Made by a program: the position numbers and the translations under genes
The notes under the pieces: generated by a model
The model's database searches: none
What the model was told of the DNA's origin: nothing
Seen by the model: only the letters and a program-made list of their open reading frames with translations
Source: Podarcis muralis
Lineage: Eukaryota
Length of the DNA stretch: 64,000 nt
NCBI RefSeq assembly: GCF_964188315.1
Contig: NC_135659.1
Span: forward strand, 52,204,001 to 52,268,000
Direction of reading: 5' to 3'
Part shown: in pieces, positions 1-12,809 of the stretch
Numbering within the stretch: the first letter of the stretch is position 1
How the letters are laid out: each line of letters opens with the position of its first letter

Positions 1-2028
1 GCAGGAGTTCTGAAGCTGAGGTTTGCAAGGTAAGTGCTGCTTTTTCCTTGTTCTGCTCCCTGTGGCTTTTGAATTTAGTCACCTATAGGAAACCATCTGA
101 AGCAATGCATACCATGTGGGTTCTCATAATAGTCAGTAGTGAGCAGGCTGCAGAGAGGGATGAGCTAGGGCATACAGCTCAAGTTATGCAAGACTCTTTG
201 TATTTCATGGGCAAATATAATGGGTCAGGCTGTGCAGTCTTAATAGTCTACTTGACTGCAACATATCTACACCTGAAGGACAATTGACAATGGTCCCCCA
301 TCCTGGTCCTGGGTTAGAGAAAGCATAAAAAACCCTCATACTTAATGAGATGGAGAGTGGGTGGATGCAGACTCTCAGCTTCTGAATTGCCACACAATTA
401 TTACTATAACAGATGTACAGCACAAGAGGCATGTTTTTTTAATGCTATACTGAACATTTAAGTTGCACAGAGGGAAGGAAAAAGGTCAGAGGTTAGTGAT
501 GGCAGTGGAGGAGGAGATAGCATGAGGCTGTACTGATTCTAATTTAAGAGACTGGTGCTGAAGAGGGAGAAGGAATTGTACTATTGTCACCCATGATTTA
601 TTGAGCCAGGTTTCTGAAATGATAAGTGTGAATGGGGGCTTTATTCCAATACAAACAGCAGATCAAGACCATGATCTGGATTGAAACAGTCCTGGCAGGC
701 GGCCTGTTATTTATTCTTTAAAAATATAAACACATCTGCTAATATTGTAAATGGTACTGCATTTGGTCTGGCCCTTAAGATGATTTTGGATGGATATTAG
801 ATAGTCCTAGTTTAATAGCTCTATGAATAGTTAGGACAACAAAATGTTAATCCATGTTTGGAAGCGTGCCAGCTCTTTGTATAAGTTGCTGGAAGCATAC
901 AGCAGGTTAAATCTTTGTGCTTTGCTTGTGGGCTTTCTGGAGACTGTTGGCTGGCATCTGTTGGAAGAAACTGGGTGCTGGACTGGATAGACTTTTGGTC
1001 TAATCTTGCAGAGATCTTAGGTTCTTATGAAACAGTGAGCAGTGTTCCTCACTACTGTCTCTTTTCCTTCCTACTCTTTCTGCAATGCAAACTAAGGTGA
1101 CATAAATAACAGCTAAAATGCACAAAATGCAGCTCATTCTGCATTTTTTGCTGGAAATTGGATCCTGACAACCTGAGCCAGATGCTGTTTCTTTCCAGTC
1201 TTAGTGGAGCTTTGTCCCTGGCTTGAGTGGATGATGTTGCCCTAAGCAGCTATTTGCTAAGTTTTGTTGATGAGATGCCTTGACTGCACATATTATTACA
1301 CAATGAGTGTACTGAGTAGGGACATTAAATTGCCTTTAATTGGAGCAGCTTGACTTCTTCTGTTCCTTTTGGTTGCTCTGACAACTAAAGGCAATTGAGT
1401 CCATGCCTGATAGTTAATGAGGGGACACTGCTATTCTCAATTCCTGATGAATCATAGCACTTCCCCATGTGCCACAAACTTTGGCGTGTATCATCTAAAA
1501 GCCATTCTTGATTATGACCTACAGTATCAGAATGTTCCCACCCTTTCTTCCATATTTTCTTGGGGTTATGGATCTGAATTTCACATAAAGGCCACCTGAG
1601 CTTTTATTTAAAACTATCCCCTTATTCTGCAGCCTTCTCACTGATCTTCACTTGCTGGCTCTGTCAAGCCTTTTTAAATTTTGATTTCCTCAAAATGTCC
1701 TCCAACATCACTGGTGCATAGGGTGCATAGGTAGAGGTGGGTGAATAGTCCTACACAGGAAAGGTTGTGTGTTTTCAGTTTGCAAACTGAAAAGCTAACA
1801 CATGCAGAACTCAAATCCATCCAGCAAATCAGTTTACATGTGGGCTAAACTGAGTTTGAATGCCAGAAAAGATTATAGTGGAAGGAAAGACCTGCCTTTC
1901 TTGAGCAGGTTAAAGACTGGTTAATTACCCAAAGCCACTAGAAGATACTGCTCCTGCTGGCTGATGTCTTCATGTATTTCTCCCTTCAAGTAACATTGTT
2001 GTTTCCCCTTTACTTTTTAGTTTTAATA

Positions 2029-2306
2029 CAGGGATGGGGGACTTGTCATCCTCCAGGTGTTTTTGGACAGAGGCAGATTTAGAGGAGTGCAACTGGTTTG
2101 GCTGCATTGGGCGTCAACCAAGAAGGCACCTCAACACTGACAAATAACAGAAGCCGAGAGGTGGGAGGGGACACCAAATTTTGATGTCACAGTTTTAAAG
2201 CTCAAAGTCCTCCACTGTTCTGGACTACTGTTCCCATCATCCCTGGTCTTGCTTTTTGGGCTCATGGGTGTTGGATATTTGAAGGGCTACAGGTCCCCCA
2301 TGCCTG
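2029..2306. mobile_element. hAT-type MITE carrying a nested second MITE (about 2068-2217)
   Basis: TIRs cagggatggggg / cccccatgcctg; 8-bp TSD ttttaata / ttttaaaa; body has the common squamate ggactac..cccatcatccct hairpin motif. Confidence 0.65.
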
Positions 2307-2655
2307 TTTTAAAATAATATGTATAAGCTCCCATCAGGTACAGGCCTATGAATAGCCGACGGCCAAGGCAACACAGCACTGCTGGTCTAAAGACAACTCC
2401 TCCCTCTTGCATTGTTTAGAACTAGTAAGTTAAGAGACACTCCCAAAAAGGAAAGCTGAATATGTCTTTGTTCTGTGGCCACTAAGTGATCTTGAACTAA
2501 AGCCTGGTAGAGGTGTTGGCAGCAGGCTGCTGAGACTTCATTTTTGTGTCTACCTGTTCAAATAGCAGTGATGGCAGGTAAAATTTTGACTTGGTAGAGC
2601 TGCAATTTCTAACCCTGCTGTTTTCATCACAATAGGTCTTGTACAGCACTTATTT

Positions 2656-2848
2656 CATACCCTCCAACATGCCCCAGAGGAAAACTGGAACACACATATT
2701 TCAGGGCCGCGATCTTGTGAGAGCCAGGTGACTTGAGTAAAAGCACCCCACCCCCAAAATGTGTTTTTTAAGGGCCATGTGACTCTCATGAGAGCACGGC
2801 CCCCCAAAATGGGATGTCTCACTTAAATCGGGACAGTTGAAGGGTGTT
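2656..2848. mobile_element. Degenerate non-autonomous DNA transposon (hAT-like)
   Basis: Imperfect TIRs cataccctccaac / gttgaagggtgtt; no clean TSD. Confidence 0.4.
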
Positions 2849-5170
2849 ATTTAGGAACATGTGCCATTACACATGTGCAGAATGTCACGGTCTCATAATC
2901 TCTAGCCCCATCCCCCTGTCGAGTATTCTTTGCACATCTATGGACAAGGAAAGAGCTTTCATGTAAGAAGGCCTAAATATGATTTTCAGAAGATTGACTC
3001 CATACCTTTTATTTAGAAATTAAGCATTAATTAAGATATTCCTTCTTCCTCACCCAGTTATATAAGAAACAATATGCACCATAAAATAGCTCTTGCTAGT
3101 TCACATTGCTTGTATCATGGCTATGGGACTTATGCTACATTTTACTGAAAATGAAGCCGTGTGTAGGAAGGCTAGAGAATTTTGTTTTTCAAACATCGGA
3201 GCAAAAATCCAGTATTACGTATAAAGCATGTTCATGAGTTTACTTGGTTAGAAGATTCTGATTGGTCAGTACATATCATCTGATAAAACCAGGCAAGAGA
3301 ATTTCCAGCTTTACTTGATAATCACTTTTGGGTAGGTTTTGCCCCTATATTGTGGCAAATTGGGCACAACTTCTACCAAGTCCTTTTTTGAATCTGCATC
3401 ACCATAAAAAAAAATCACCTGCTGCTTTTTAATTCTCTTCCTCTTGTGCACTATCCATAGGCATCTCTGCAACTACCTTAGTGCTCATGTCAAAAACAAT
3501 AGTAGTTGCAGGTCTTGTACTTTTACCTTCTGAAGTCAGGAACATTAGGTTTTCCCATTTCAAATTATGATCTGTATGGGCAACTGGGTGGAACAAGAGC
3601 TTGAAACTGACCTTCCATTCCCATTCCTCCACCCCTTTTAGTTTCAGAAGAGGAAGTAGATTTACTTGCAGAACTGCCTGCCCCCTTTGCATCTAAAATA
3701 TTAGCTGCAGTCTCCAATTTGAGGCATCAGCAAAGGAGGAAAATTATAATTCTTAGATTACGGTACTTGGGTGAGACCTTCCCTGAAATAGTGTGTCCAG
3801 TATAGGTCACTCTATTTAAGAAAGACTGTTTTTAAATTGGAACAAAATTTAGACAATATGCAGCCTCAGTTCTCAACTGCATGCATTCTGTGTTACATGA
3901 GAAGCTGGAAATGTTGGGCCTGTTTAGCTGATGAAGTAGGAGTCTGAGAAGCACTGAACGGTGCTAGGACTGAAGCCTTGTGATACTCCAACTGTTGCTG
4001 AACTTCTAGTTCCCATTAGCTCCTGCCAGCATGGCAAGTGGCCAGGGATGATGGAACTGAAATTCAACAACGTCTTTGGGGACACAGACCCCCCCCCCCG
4101 GTATATACAGCCTACCAGAGCAGTTTGCAAAAGTTTGAAATGTTGTATGTAGCAATAAAAATACAACAACACAGAAGATGACTGCAAAACAAAAGAGCAC
4201 TTAAGCCAGATAAACCCATATCCTGTCAAATCCAGACAGATTTTTTTAAAAAGCCTTTACCTGGCAATGAAAAGATAACAGAGATAGCAGCCGGAGGCAG
4301 ATTCCAAAAGCAAGATGCTGCAAAACAAAACAAAAATCATATCCCTGATCACCTTATAATCGTGCAAAAAAAGCACATCATGAAGATCTTAGGGTGAGCA
4401 GCTTGTTTGGCAGCAGGTAGTCCTTGAGATACCTAGGCCCTGTAAGCCATTTAGGCATTTGGAAGTTAAAAAGCAGCACCAGAAATTGGCTCCAGAAACA
4501 GACCTGGGAGCTAAGACCAGAGAGCTATGATGTGGCTAACTGTGGTTATTCAGGAAACTATAGTCTGAAGATTCTTAAACACACACCATTAGACTTATTT
4601 CAGGGCTGAAAACAGGTAGTGAGAATTCCAGATTGAAGGTGGTTGACCTTAATGTGGGGGGGGGGGGGTCAACATTAGAAAATGAAAATCTGCTCTCTTT
4701 CTACAGGAACTTTGCCTGTAAATATACATAACAAGAAAACTTCCAACATGCTAGAAAAATTTTTTGTATTTGCAAAAGTTGTAGGAAAGCTAAATTGGTT
4801 CAAAACAGTGTTTATATAGGAAAATGTATCCCCTTTATTGGGAGCATCAGTCAAGCTATGTGTGGCTTGGCTCATTTTCTTGAGATTTGCATGGCTTTAC
4901 TAGAAACTTCCCAAACTGTGCAAAGCACGTTGTTGCCCCCCCCCTCTTGTGCTGTTTCCAGATCTTTTAAGTGGGTTTATGCATGTATGAAGGATCCTGA
5001 CTAAGGGGAGGTGATGATCATCTTAAGCTGCCTTTACTTAGTAATTCAACTAAGTTTTACTTGGAGAAGACACATGAAAATTTATGAACATGACTTAAGT
5101 TAGGTCCATTAATTTCAGTAGGTCTACTCTGAGTAAAACTTCATTGAACACCACCAATGGCATTTAAATA

Positions 5171-5386
5171 CAGTGGTACCTCAGATTAAGTACTTAATTC
5201 GTTCTGGAGGTCCGTTCTTAACCTGAAGCACCACTAAAGGGGCCTCCTGCTGCCGCTGCACCGCTGCACGATTTCTGTTCTCATCCTGAAGCAAAGTTCT
5301 TAACCCGAGGTACTATTTCTGAGTTAGTGGAGTATGTAACCTGAAACATCTGTAACCTGTAGCGTCGTTAACCTGAGGTACCACTG
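5171..5386. mobile_element. Tc1/mariner-type MITE, copy 1
   Basis: TIRs cagtggtacctca / tgaggtaccactg flanked by TA on both sides. Confidence 0.85.
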
Positions 5387-6732
5387 TACATGCCTATAAA
5401 GTAGCTTTCCAGATCTTTGGCAGTGGAATCTGGAGGGAAAGGGAGTGTTAAGTTTGTTTCTCAGGCACCTGTATTACCCCATGAATAATTCTGCACTTAG
5501 CATGGTGGATAGTTTCCAAAAAAAATATTAAGTAAGGTTTGTTTCCTTTCTTTCAACGTGGATGCTATTCTCTTTCTCTCTGATAGCAAGAGGCAGGCAG
5601 TGTATTAGTGTTGTGGGAGGGAAGGCAGAAGAGACCTCCCCTATCCAAACCCTTTTGTGCCCTGAAAACTTTTGCACAGGTTCTGTAGCTGCAGTTTTGT
5701 GTGTAGCTGCCTTACAACAAAGGAAAAACAACTTGCTGTGTGGAGCGGCAGTAACTTTTCCTACTGCCCCACACTTTCTGAGAATACCTCCTGTTTGCAT
5801 AAATGTAGTATGTGCATAGGGTTGTGTGCATGTCTAGGATATTAGGATAAAGTTTAGCATGTAAACATGGGGCCAAAATGCAGATTTTTCAAGCTGTTAA
5901 GTGATGTTTTGGACAGTAAATCCCTATTTTCTTTTTTAAATAAAGGGTTTGTAAATTTAGCTTGGGGGAAAAAAGATGGTGGTGCAGCAGTAGCAGCAGC
6001 AGCAGGGAGGTAAGAGTGAGGTTCACTTGGGTGATGACTATGTGGGTGGGCAGGCGGCGCAGTCCTGCTTGGCTTTGGTGGAGGGGTGCACTGGCAGTGT
6101 TGGTGGCTTGCTGGCCCCGGGTGCCAATAACTCATGCTACTGGTGGTATGATGTGGGATGTAATCCACTGGGAGCAGTCACGTACAACATTACCTGTTTT
6201 GCTAGAGTGGTCATGCAGGGGATGTTGATCCAGTCAAACTTCCTGTTCCCTCTTGGCCTGGAGCATCCTTCTTTGCATGTGACTAGTAGGTGGGCGTGAC
6301 CTTTCCAGGCCTGGTAAAAGGCCAAGTCACACAGCCACCTCCCCACTCTTCGATCTTCTTTTTCATCCTGCAAACTTCCTGATTCACCTGGACTGGACTG
6401 CTAGCTGACTGCCAGCCAGCAGTCTCCCCAGGTTATCTCCCATATGGGGTAAACCTGTTTGTACATATAAGCCTAAAGCCTGCCTTCAGAGATCACACTG
6501 TGCTCTGCCTGATCGTGAGTAAAACTACTTTTTGTTACTTATGAATAAGACTATGGTGCCTTTATTCTTTTAGGAGGGATCAAAGAGGCCTTACCTGGGC
6601 AAGCCAGATTGAATTGTTTATTGTCTTAAGAGGCTCACACAAGTCTTCAACCAGTTTTTTGCTGCATAAAGGGGGAATGTACTCTACTAAGTGAAGAAAC
6701 TTGCTAGCACAAGTTAGGAAGGAATCAATATA

Positions 6733-6933
6733 CAGTGGTACCTCAAGTTAAGTACTTAATTTGTTCCGGAGGTCTGTACTTAACCTGAAGCACCACTTTA
6801 GCTAATGGGGCCTCCTGCTGCTGCCGCACCGCCGGAACACGATTTCTGTTCTCATCCTTAAGCAAAGTTGAGGTACTATTTCTGGGTTAGCGGAGTCTGT
6901 AACCTGAAGCGTCTGTAACCCGAGGTACCACTG
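6733..6933. mobile_element. Tc1/mariner-type MITE, copy 2 (same family and orientation)
   Basis: TIRs cagtggtacctc / gaggtaccactg, TA TSD, internal sequence aligns with copy 1. Confidence 0.85.
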
Positions 6934-7323
6934 TATCCTCTCCTGCCACCCTCAACATTCCCATATATGACACATGTAGTGTATTACAAACAGAAGCACT
7001 TCCATACTATCATGTAAGTGCTATTGTTTCAGCAGCCAAATTGTCAATGTGGAAATGATTCATGGCACACCCTTCTTCTACTGAAAAGCGAACTGTTCCA
7101 GCCGTTCCTCCTTTTTCTTGTCTGTCTGAGCAGCCAAGCAAGAGCATTTTGCTTTCACAGAATTTTGTTTGAGTTCTGCTTTCCACCACATGGACAGGTA
7201 GGATTCACTCCCACAGAGCTGTGGTCTTTTGGAGCTCCTGCCAGGGTAACTACAGGTTTATCTGCTAACTGGCAAATAAAACAAGACAGCAAAACGAACA
7301 TGTAGGAAACCCGATTATTCAAA

Positions 7324-7368
7324 TTTATTAACATCAAGAATTATGCAATGATGCTGTAGATTTTTATT
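7324..7368 (-). terminator. Two polyadenylation signals (AATAAA at 7363-7368 and 7324-7329)
   Basis: Plus strand reads tttatt at both positions, about 1.4 kb past the stop codon. Confidence 0.6.
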
Positions 7369-8789
7369 AACAAATAGAAAACAGACTGTATACAACAGTG
7401 ACCCCTACAGCACTATGCTTTCACAAGGTAAAAATGAATGTTCTCTCCAACATCACCAACCCAGGATTGTTGATTTCAATGTAATTTGAATACATTGGAT
7501 AATATAGTTAGAGACCTTTCCACCACCTTTATTTATAGAACTATGCACCTGGGAGAAGGCTGTAATCTCCCTGCCTTTAGTGCAAGTGAGAGAGAATAAG
7601 GAGTATTAATATATAGTACCGTTAAATTAAGTCCAGTAGCCTTGCCACATTGGTTAATTAGACCATCCTGTCATAGTGAAAAATACAGCATTCTAATGAC
7701 TTTTAAATGTGGTACAGGATAGCAGAAATTATAGTTACACTCAGCCTCTGAGAACTGAATTCCTTACCTGAAGAATCCCACCCCTCCCTCCCTAATAGCC
7801 AAGGCACCCCCATGCCGGGGTTGTTTGTGCAGGAAGGCTTGACTTCCCAGAGTTGTGCTCTTTCACCTTGGAAGGTGCTCCAATGCACTTGGTTGGCCAC
7901 AGTTGCCTAGGCAACAGCACCTCAGGATGCTACTGGCACAGAAAGAACTAAATAAATGTGTCGGTCAGGTCCCTTTTGGGAACTTGGTTTTCGTGCGGCA
8001 AGGATGCCACATTCCCCCCCCCCCCATCTTAACAAGAGAATCCCAAGCAGTGGGTCTCTCACTCAAATGGAAAGTTCATAAGGGATCTGCTGACAAATAT
8101 GAGGTCACTGGACACATGTCAATAGGACCAAGCATCTAATAGCTGCTGGAGTCCCACCTGACAGACAGGCTTATGAATAAAAGGCTTTAGAAATAAGCAT
8201 TAAGTTGGCTCCAGCTCTGTGGAATTGAATATTCTACAAAGGACTGAAGAGGGAGTGGAAGGGTCCCAGAGCTGTGAGCCAGCCACTAATATTAACCTGG
8301 GGCTGCCCGAAAATGGGCAGCACCACCTTGATTGAGACAACAAAAGAGTTAAGGGCGGGGGAAGCAAAAGGAAATTCAAACCCCACCACCTCCATTCTTC
8401 TGTTTTGCTTGAGCAAAACATTAAGACTTGCAAAAGAATTTAAAAAAGAAAAGATATAAAAGACTAAGTTTAACTATTTTACATATATAAAAGATCCCAT
8501 TCCATCCACCCAGTGACTCTCACCATGAAATGCTGTCAAGGGGAGGAGGAGGAGTGGGGGCATTAACAGAAATTCATCTGGAAATTGGAAACGCTAGAAG
8601 CTGGTCCCACCTTTGGCGCTGTGGCAATGAACCCAAATACTGTGGTCAGAACTGGTTGGTCATGGGGAGGCTTGATGCTGCAACAACAGCAGCAGCATCT
8701 GCACAGAAGGACTAACAAATGGGTGGCTGGCTGGGAAGAACCCGTCTCTGCTCTTGGACATTCCCGCTGCAACTGGCTGAAAGCGCTAG
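7345..8789 (-). other. PTPRF: PTPRF 3' UTR (about 1.45 kb; distal end approximate)
   Basis: Follows the TAA stop at 8790-8792, contains no recognisable TE, and ends at two minus-strand AATAAA hexamers. Confidence 0.7.
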
Positions 8790-8858
8790 TTACGTTGCAT
8801 AGTGATCGAAGCTGCCAAGGTACTCCAGTGCAGCCCTGTAGCACAGCTGATACTGGTC
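8790..8858 (-). CDS. PTPRF: PTPRF last coding exon: [22 protein letters not shown]
   Basis: Acceptor CCAG|GAC, stop TAA at 8790-8792, 69 nt, phase 0. Confidence 0.97.
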   Translation of the reverse strand, partial: DQYQLCYRAALEYLGSFDHYAT

Positions 8859-9616
8859 CTGGAGAAGAAGGAAGAGAATGGGATAAGCAAAAAGCCTCTA
8901 AAGGAGACCACCACTTCTATCACATCATGGTGCAAATACCTGCAAGCGGACTCCTTCACCACCTCACTCTAAAAGAGGCAGCTGGTTAGCACCAAGCCCT
9001 GCATCTGATGTAAAGAGGGGTCATTTTGCTCAGATTAGTACAGTAAGCTTAGATTGGGAGTGAAGTTCCAGTTAAACTGCAGGTGGGAGAGCAGCAAGCT
9101 GACTGTATGGGAAACCCAAGTACTGAATTTTTAGCAATGTAATTTACTCTCATGATGCACCAGTGAAATATGTCCTATATAAAAAGGAGGATGAATTATG
9201 GATTTCTGCTCTCCGTCTCATGACCCATCCAACCACTGGTTCTGATATCCTTGCACTACACAAAGAACAGCACAGAATCAAAGGTCGCATTGATCAGGTG
9301 AAAGAGAGGCCAATCCAAGCTGCCATCAAGTTAGACCAGAAAACAGCATGGGTTCTAACCAGAGGATAGCCACTGGCCATGTGTAATCCTTTGCAAATGC
9401 TTGATGGCACTGTTCTTTTGCACAGTATAACCATGACTACCTTTTGGGACTAACCCAGAGTGGGGTTTAACTCATGGTGAGAAATCTTGGCTGGAAGGCG
9501 CTCTGATGTGGCTTCATCAGTCTTGACCGATCCAGCTGTCTCACCTTTTTAAAGCCTTTTACAGGCTTCAGAAGATGCTGTAGATACTAGTTGTGCCAGT
9601 CATAGCTTAGCGTAAT

Positions 9617-9980
9617 GCTGGTGGTCAACAAAAGAGGTTTAAAGACTGTCTCAAGGCAAATCTTAAAAAATGTAGTATAAACACCAACAATTGGGAAACA
9701 CTTGCCTGCAAGCACTCCAATTGGAGAACAGCCTTTACCAAAGGTATCATGGGCTTTGAAGACACGCAAACTCAGGATGCAAGGGAGAAATGTGCTAAGA
9801 GGAAGGCATGCTTGGCAAAGCCACACCGTGATCAACTCCCACCCAGAAACCAATGTCCCCACTGTGGAAGGATGTGTGGATCCAGAACTGGCCTCCACAG
9901 TCACTTACAGACTCTTTGTTAAAACTGTGTTTATGGAAGACAATCTTACTCGGCTATGAGTGATCGCCAAAGGAGAAGAT
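9617..9980 (+). mobile_element. RTE-clade LINE, 5'-truncated 3' end
   Basis: Translates to GGQQKRFKDCLKANLKKCSINTNNWETLA...QCPHCGRMCGSRTGLHSHLQT*, a typical RTE ORF C-terminus with a Cys/His finger, followed by a short 3' UTR. Confidence 0.8.
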
Positions 9981-10190
9981 TGTATGTACCCTATAAATCT
10001 CATAGAACACATCAACATGGGAATGGGGGCAAGATTGGTGGCTGCTTGATGTGATTTATATGGAATATGCCTACTTACAGAGAAAGTTACATCCCTTTTC
10101 CATACTGAAAGCAAGTGAAAGCAAAGTTTTGGTCCTAAATGCTTGCCCCCAGTCCTCTGTGCAGCAGCAAGCATGTGGCTGGTGGCTTAC

Positions 10191-10326
10191 CTCTGTTTGC
10201 ACCATGGCTGGTCGTTGTGTCCTCAAGGTCTTCACAGTCTGGAACATGTCAACTACGCCCTCATAGCGCATGCGCTCCAGTACAATGCTTAATGTGATGA
10301 ACACCCCTGTGCGTCCGACCCCCGCA
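10191..10326 (-). CDS. PTPRF: PTPRF D2 exon: (S)[45 protein letters not shown]
   Basis: CAG|T acceptor, GAG|GTAAG donor, 136 nt, phase 2 to 0. Confidence 0.97.
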
Positions 10327-10632
10327 CTGCACATAAGGAAGAGAGAAAGAGACACAGTGAAAGGGAACTGAAGCATCAAAAGATCACAAAGATCAAAAGA
10401 AGCTCTCCCAAAAGCTAAAATATCTCTCTACAAGTGCCACAATGTTTTTGTGTGCTCAAAACTACAAAGCAGAGATTTCCCCTGCCTTTTACCAAGGAAA
10501 TGGCTTCTATACCTAGAAAGGTGAGGCCATCTCTGCAGTAGTAATCTAGCTTTCCCTGATGACCCCAGCCTCCTCACCACTGGCACACAGCACCTAGCCA
10601 GCTTCCATGGACAAGCAAACAGCAGAACTTAC

Positions 10633-10787
10633 CTGCAGTGTACAGTGATGGGCCCATCCTGGCCAAACTGCTCCTTGGTTTTATGAACTTGCCCAATGAA
10701 GTCAATGAAGCCCTCTCCAGTTTTTGGTACTCCCTGCTCAGGCCAGTCCGTGAACTGGAACTGCCGGATGGTTCTTGACTGTCCATC
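10633..10787 (-). CDS. PTPRF: PTPRF D2 exon: [51 protein letters not shown](S)
   Basis: TAG|GAT acceptor, AG|GTAAG donor, 155 nt, phase 0 to 2. Confidence 0.97.
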
Positions 10788-11173
10788 CTAGTTGTGGTTA
10801 AAGGGAGATATAGTCACTGCATCCTCTCAAAACACAAGACAGCCTTCATGGTCAGGCCTTTCCTACTGGTGCCAGAAAAGCCTTGAGGAGGGGAGGCCCA
10901 GCTGACCTAAGCAGATTTCTTTTGCCCCTTAGTGAGTATTTTGTTTTATATGGCAGGGTGTAGTAGATATAAACACAATTGAAATCCTTGCTTCTGCTTT
11001 CCAGCTGTCTCAGCCACTTGACACACAGTAACACCAATGCAGAGGGTGATAAAGCAATGGACAATCGGATGCACGTTGAAGATAAAGCCCTTCTGTCCTG
11101 TGCTACTTGCAATTTCTGAGCAGTAATGGGAAATAAATATTGGGGAATTCAGGGTAGGCTGTGCGGTACTCAC

Positions 11174-11299
11174 CCTGGCATCAGTGACCTTGAACTCACG
11201 CAGAATGTACTGGGGCATGTTGTATTCAGCCATGGGATCCACCACAAAGTACTGGTACCGAGCAGAACGCTCTGCTGGCCAGTACTGGTGGCATTTCTC
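11174..11299 (-). CDS. PTPRF: PTPRF D2 exon: [42 protein letters not shown]
   Basis: CAG|GAG acceptor, AGG|GTGAG donor, 126 nt, phase 0 to 0. Confidence 0.97.
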
Positions 11300-12220
11300 C
11301 TGAAAAGCAAAGGAAGAGTCAGAATTGTTACAGTCAAAATGTGTGATGTGACTGAAGCTTGAATATTTTAGAGTGAGGTGCCTTTTGACATCTTGTCCTG
11401 TTGGGTAGAACAATACCCACACAACTCCATGCTCTAATATGTGCAGCAAGACACTGATCTATTTCTTCCTTCCTGCCATGATGTGATTGATTAGGCTCCC
11501 CTTGCTCCTGCACGCCTCCATTTCCCATGACTTCCTGATTAGCAATCAGCCTGCTCTTTCATGCCAAGTTACTAGGTAGAAAACCTCAGTTCTAGCCCAA
11601 ATGCCCCTTTTTTGCTGGCTCTGGGCAAAGCAAGAAACCTGAAGCTGCTAGCTCCTCTTAAAGTTTGAGCGGGCCAGGGGGATCAAGTCCATTGATGGTT
11701 GCAGAGGATACTTGTTCACCAGCTGGGTCCCAGCAGAGCTAGTCAGCCATGTAGCTGGAGATGAATGACTCCTGCAGATTGCGTGCTTATTGAGCATACA
11801 TTCTGATTTATTTAAATAAAGCTGACAAGGAGGTTATACAATGCTCACTGTTTATTCAGCAATCACCTGATTTGTTTGTGGGGAGGTTATATGACTTCAT
11901 GTCGATCAGTTGCTATATTTCTGGTGCATTTTCCCACCACCACAAAAAAGTCATTTTTGTTGTTGTGCAAGAGTTTTAATTCACTTCAATAGCACAAACC
12001 TAAATTTACTCGTATGCAATTGAATCCCTCCCACAAAACAGTTACAGTCTGAAGACATCAGTGCAATGAGCTTCACCTTTAGCAGTGACTTCAGTACCCT
12101 CTAGCATTAGGAGAATGAAAGCAAAATATTTGCTCCCAAGACTGGGCCGTACACCTGGAATCTCACTGGAGAAACAGCCCCAGAATAGACATCACTTGGT
12201 AGCTGAGAGTGCTAGCTTAC

Positions 12221-12347
12221 CCGCCCCATCTCTCGCAATTTGGTCAGCATCACCACAATGGTAGAGTTGTGCTCCCACAGCATCCGCCAGAAATCCTCTG
12301 TAGTTTCAGCAAGGGGTCCCTGTGTGGCAATGTAGGCCTTTTGCTGC
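12221..12347 (-). CDS. PTPRF: PTPRF D2 exon: (R)[42 protein letters not shown]
   Basis: CAG|G acceptor, CGG|GTAAG donor, 127 nt, phase 2 to 0. Not in the ORF track; read manually. Confidence 0.96.
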
Positions 12348-12809
12348 CTGCAAGGTATCAAACATTTCAGAGTGGTAGATGACTGACACTTCTGGGATGG
12401 AAAGGAGATGCTTAACAGTTAGGTCTAGAGAACTAGTTAAAGGGCTTGCTGGGGGAGGAGAGGAGGACTTGTGCCACACATCTGGATCTCTGATAGCATC
12501 TAGCTGCTTCCTTCTGTAGTCCTTGCCCACAACCAACTATGAGATCAATAAGGCTATCAGAGGTCCCTTGATGAAAGTAGAGTACTAACACAAAGGCACT
12601 AAGTAATTAGCCAAAGTTACTCAATGTGAGAAGAGGCATATTATATAAGTTGGAGTAACTAATGTTATTACACCAGTTGGATCTTCTAAAATGCACACGT
12701 GGGGTGAAATATAATACCAGAGTAGTGCTACAACTCTACAGTAAGCTTTTTGTAAAATTGTGTGAGTTCCTTTGAGGTGTGCAGGAAACACTGGTATAGG
12801 ATGTGTGTT

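Noticed and set aside
1-35. Plus-strand CAAG|GTAAGT consensus donor at 30-35
   Set aside because: No partner acceptor or recognisable coding frame in the window. It could belong to a transcript starting upstream but cannot be supported here.
3429-3692. 87-aa minus-strand ORF
   Set aside because: No recognisable domain or splice context.
1-7300. Neighbouring gene (KDM4A follows PTPRF in human)
   Set aside because: No CpG island or JmjN/JmjC-like peptide seen; treated as intergenic.
8585-8989. 134-aa plus-strand ORF overlapping the last exon
   Set aside because: Antisense shadow of the coding exon plus 3' UTR; no homology recognised.
10946-11449. Long ORFs such as 10946-11449, 17885-18463 and 55008-55775 taken as single-exon genes
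   Set aside because: They are PTPRF exons read through into flanking intron; the true boundaries are the AG/GT sites listed.
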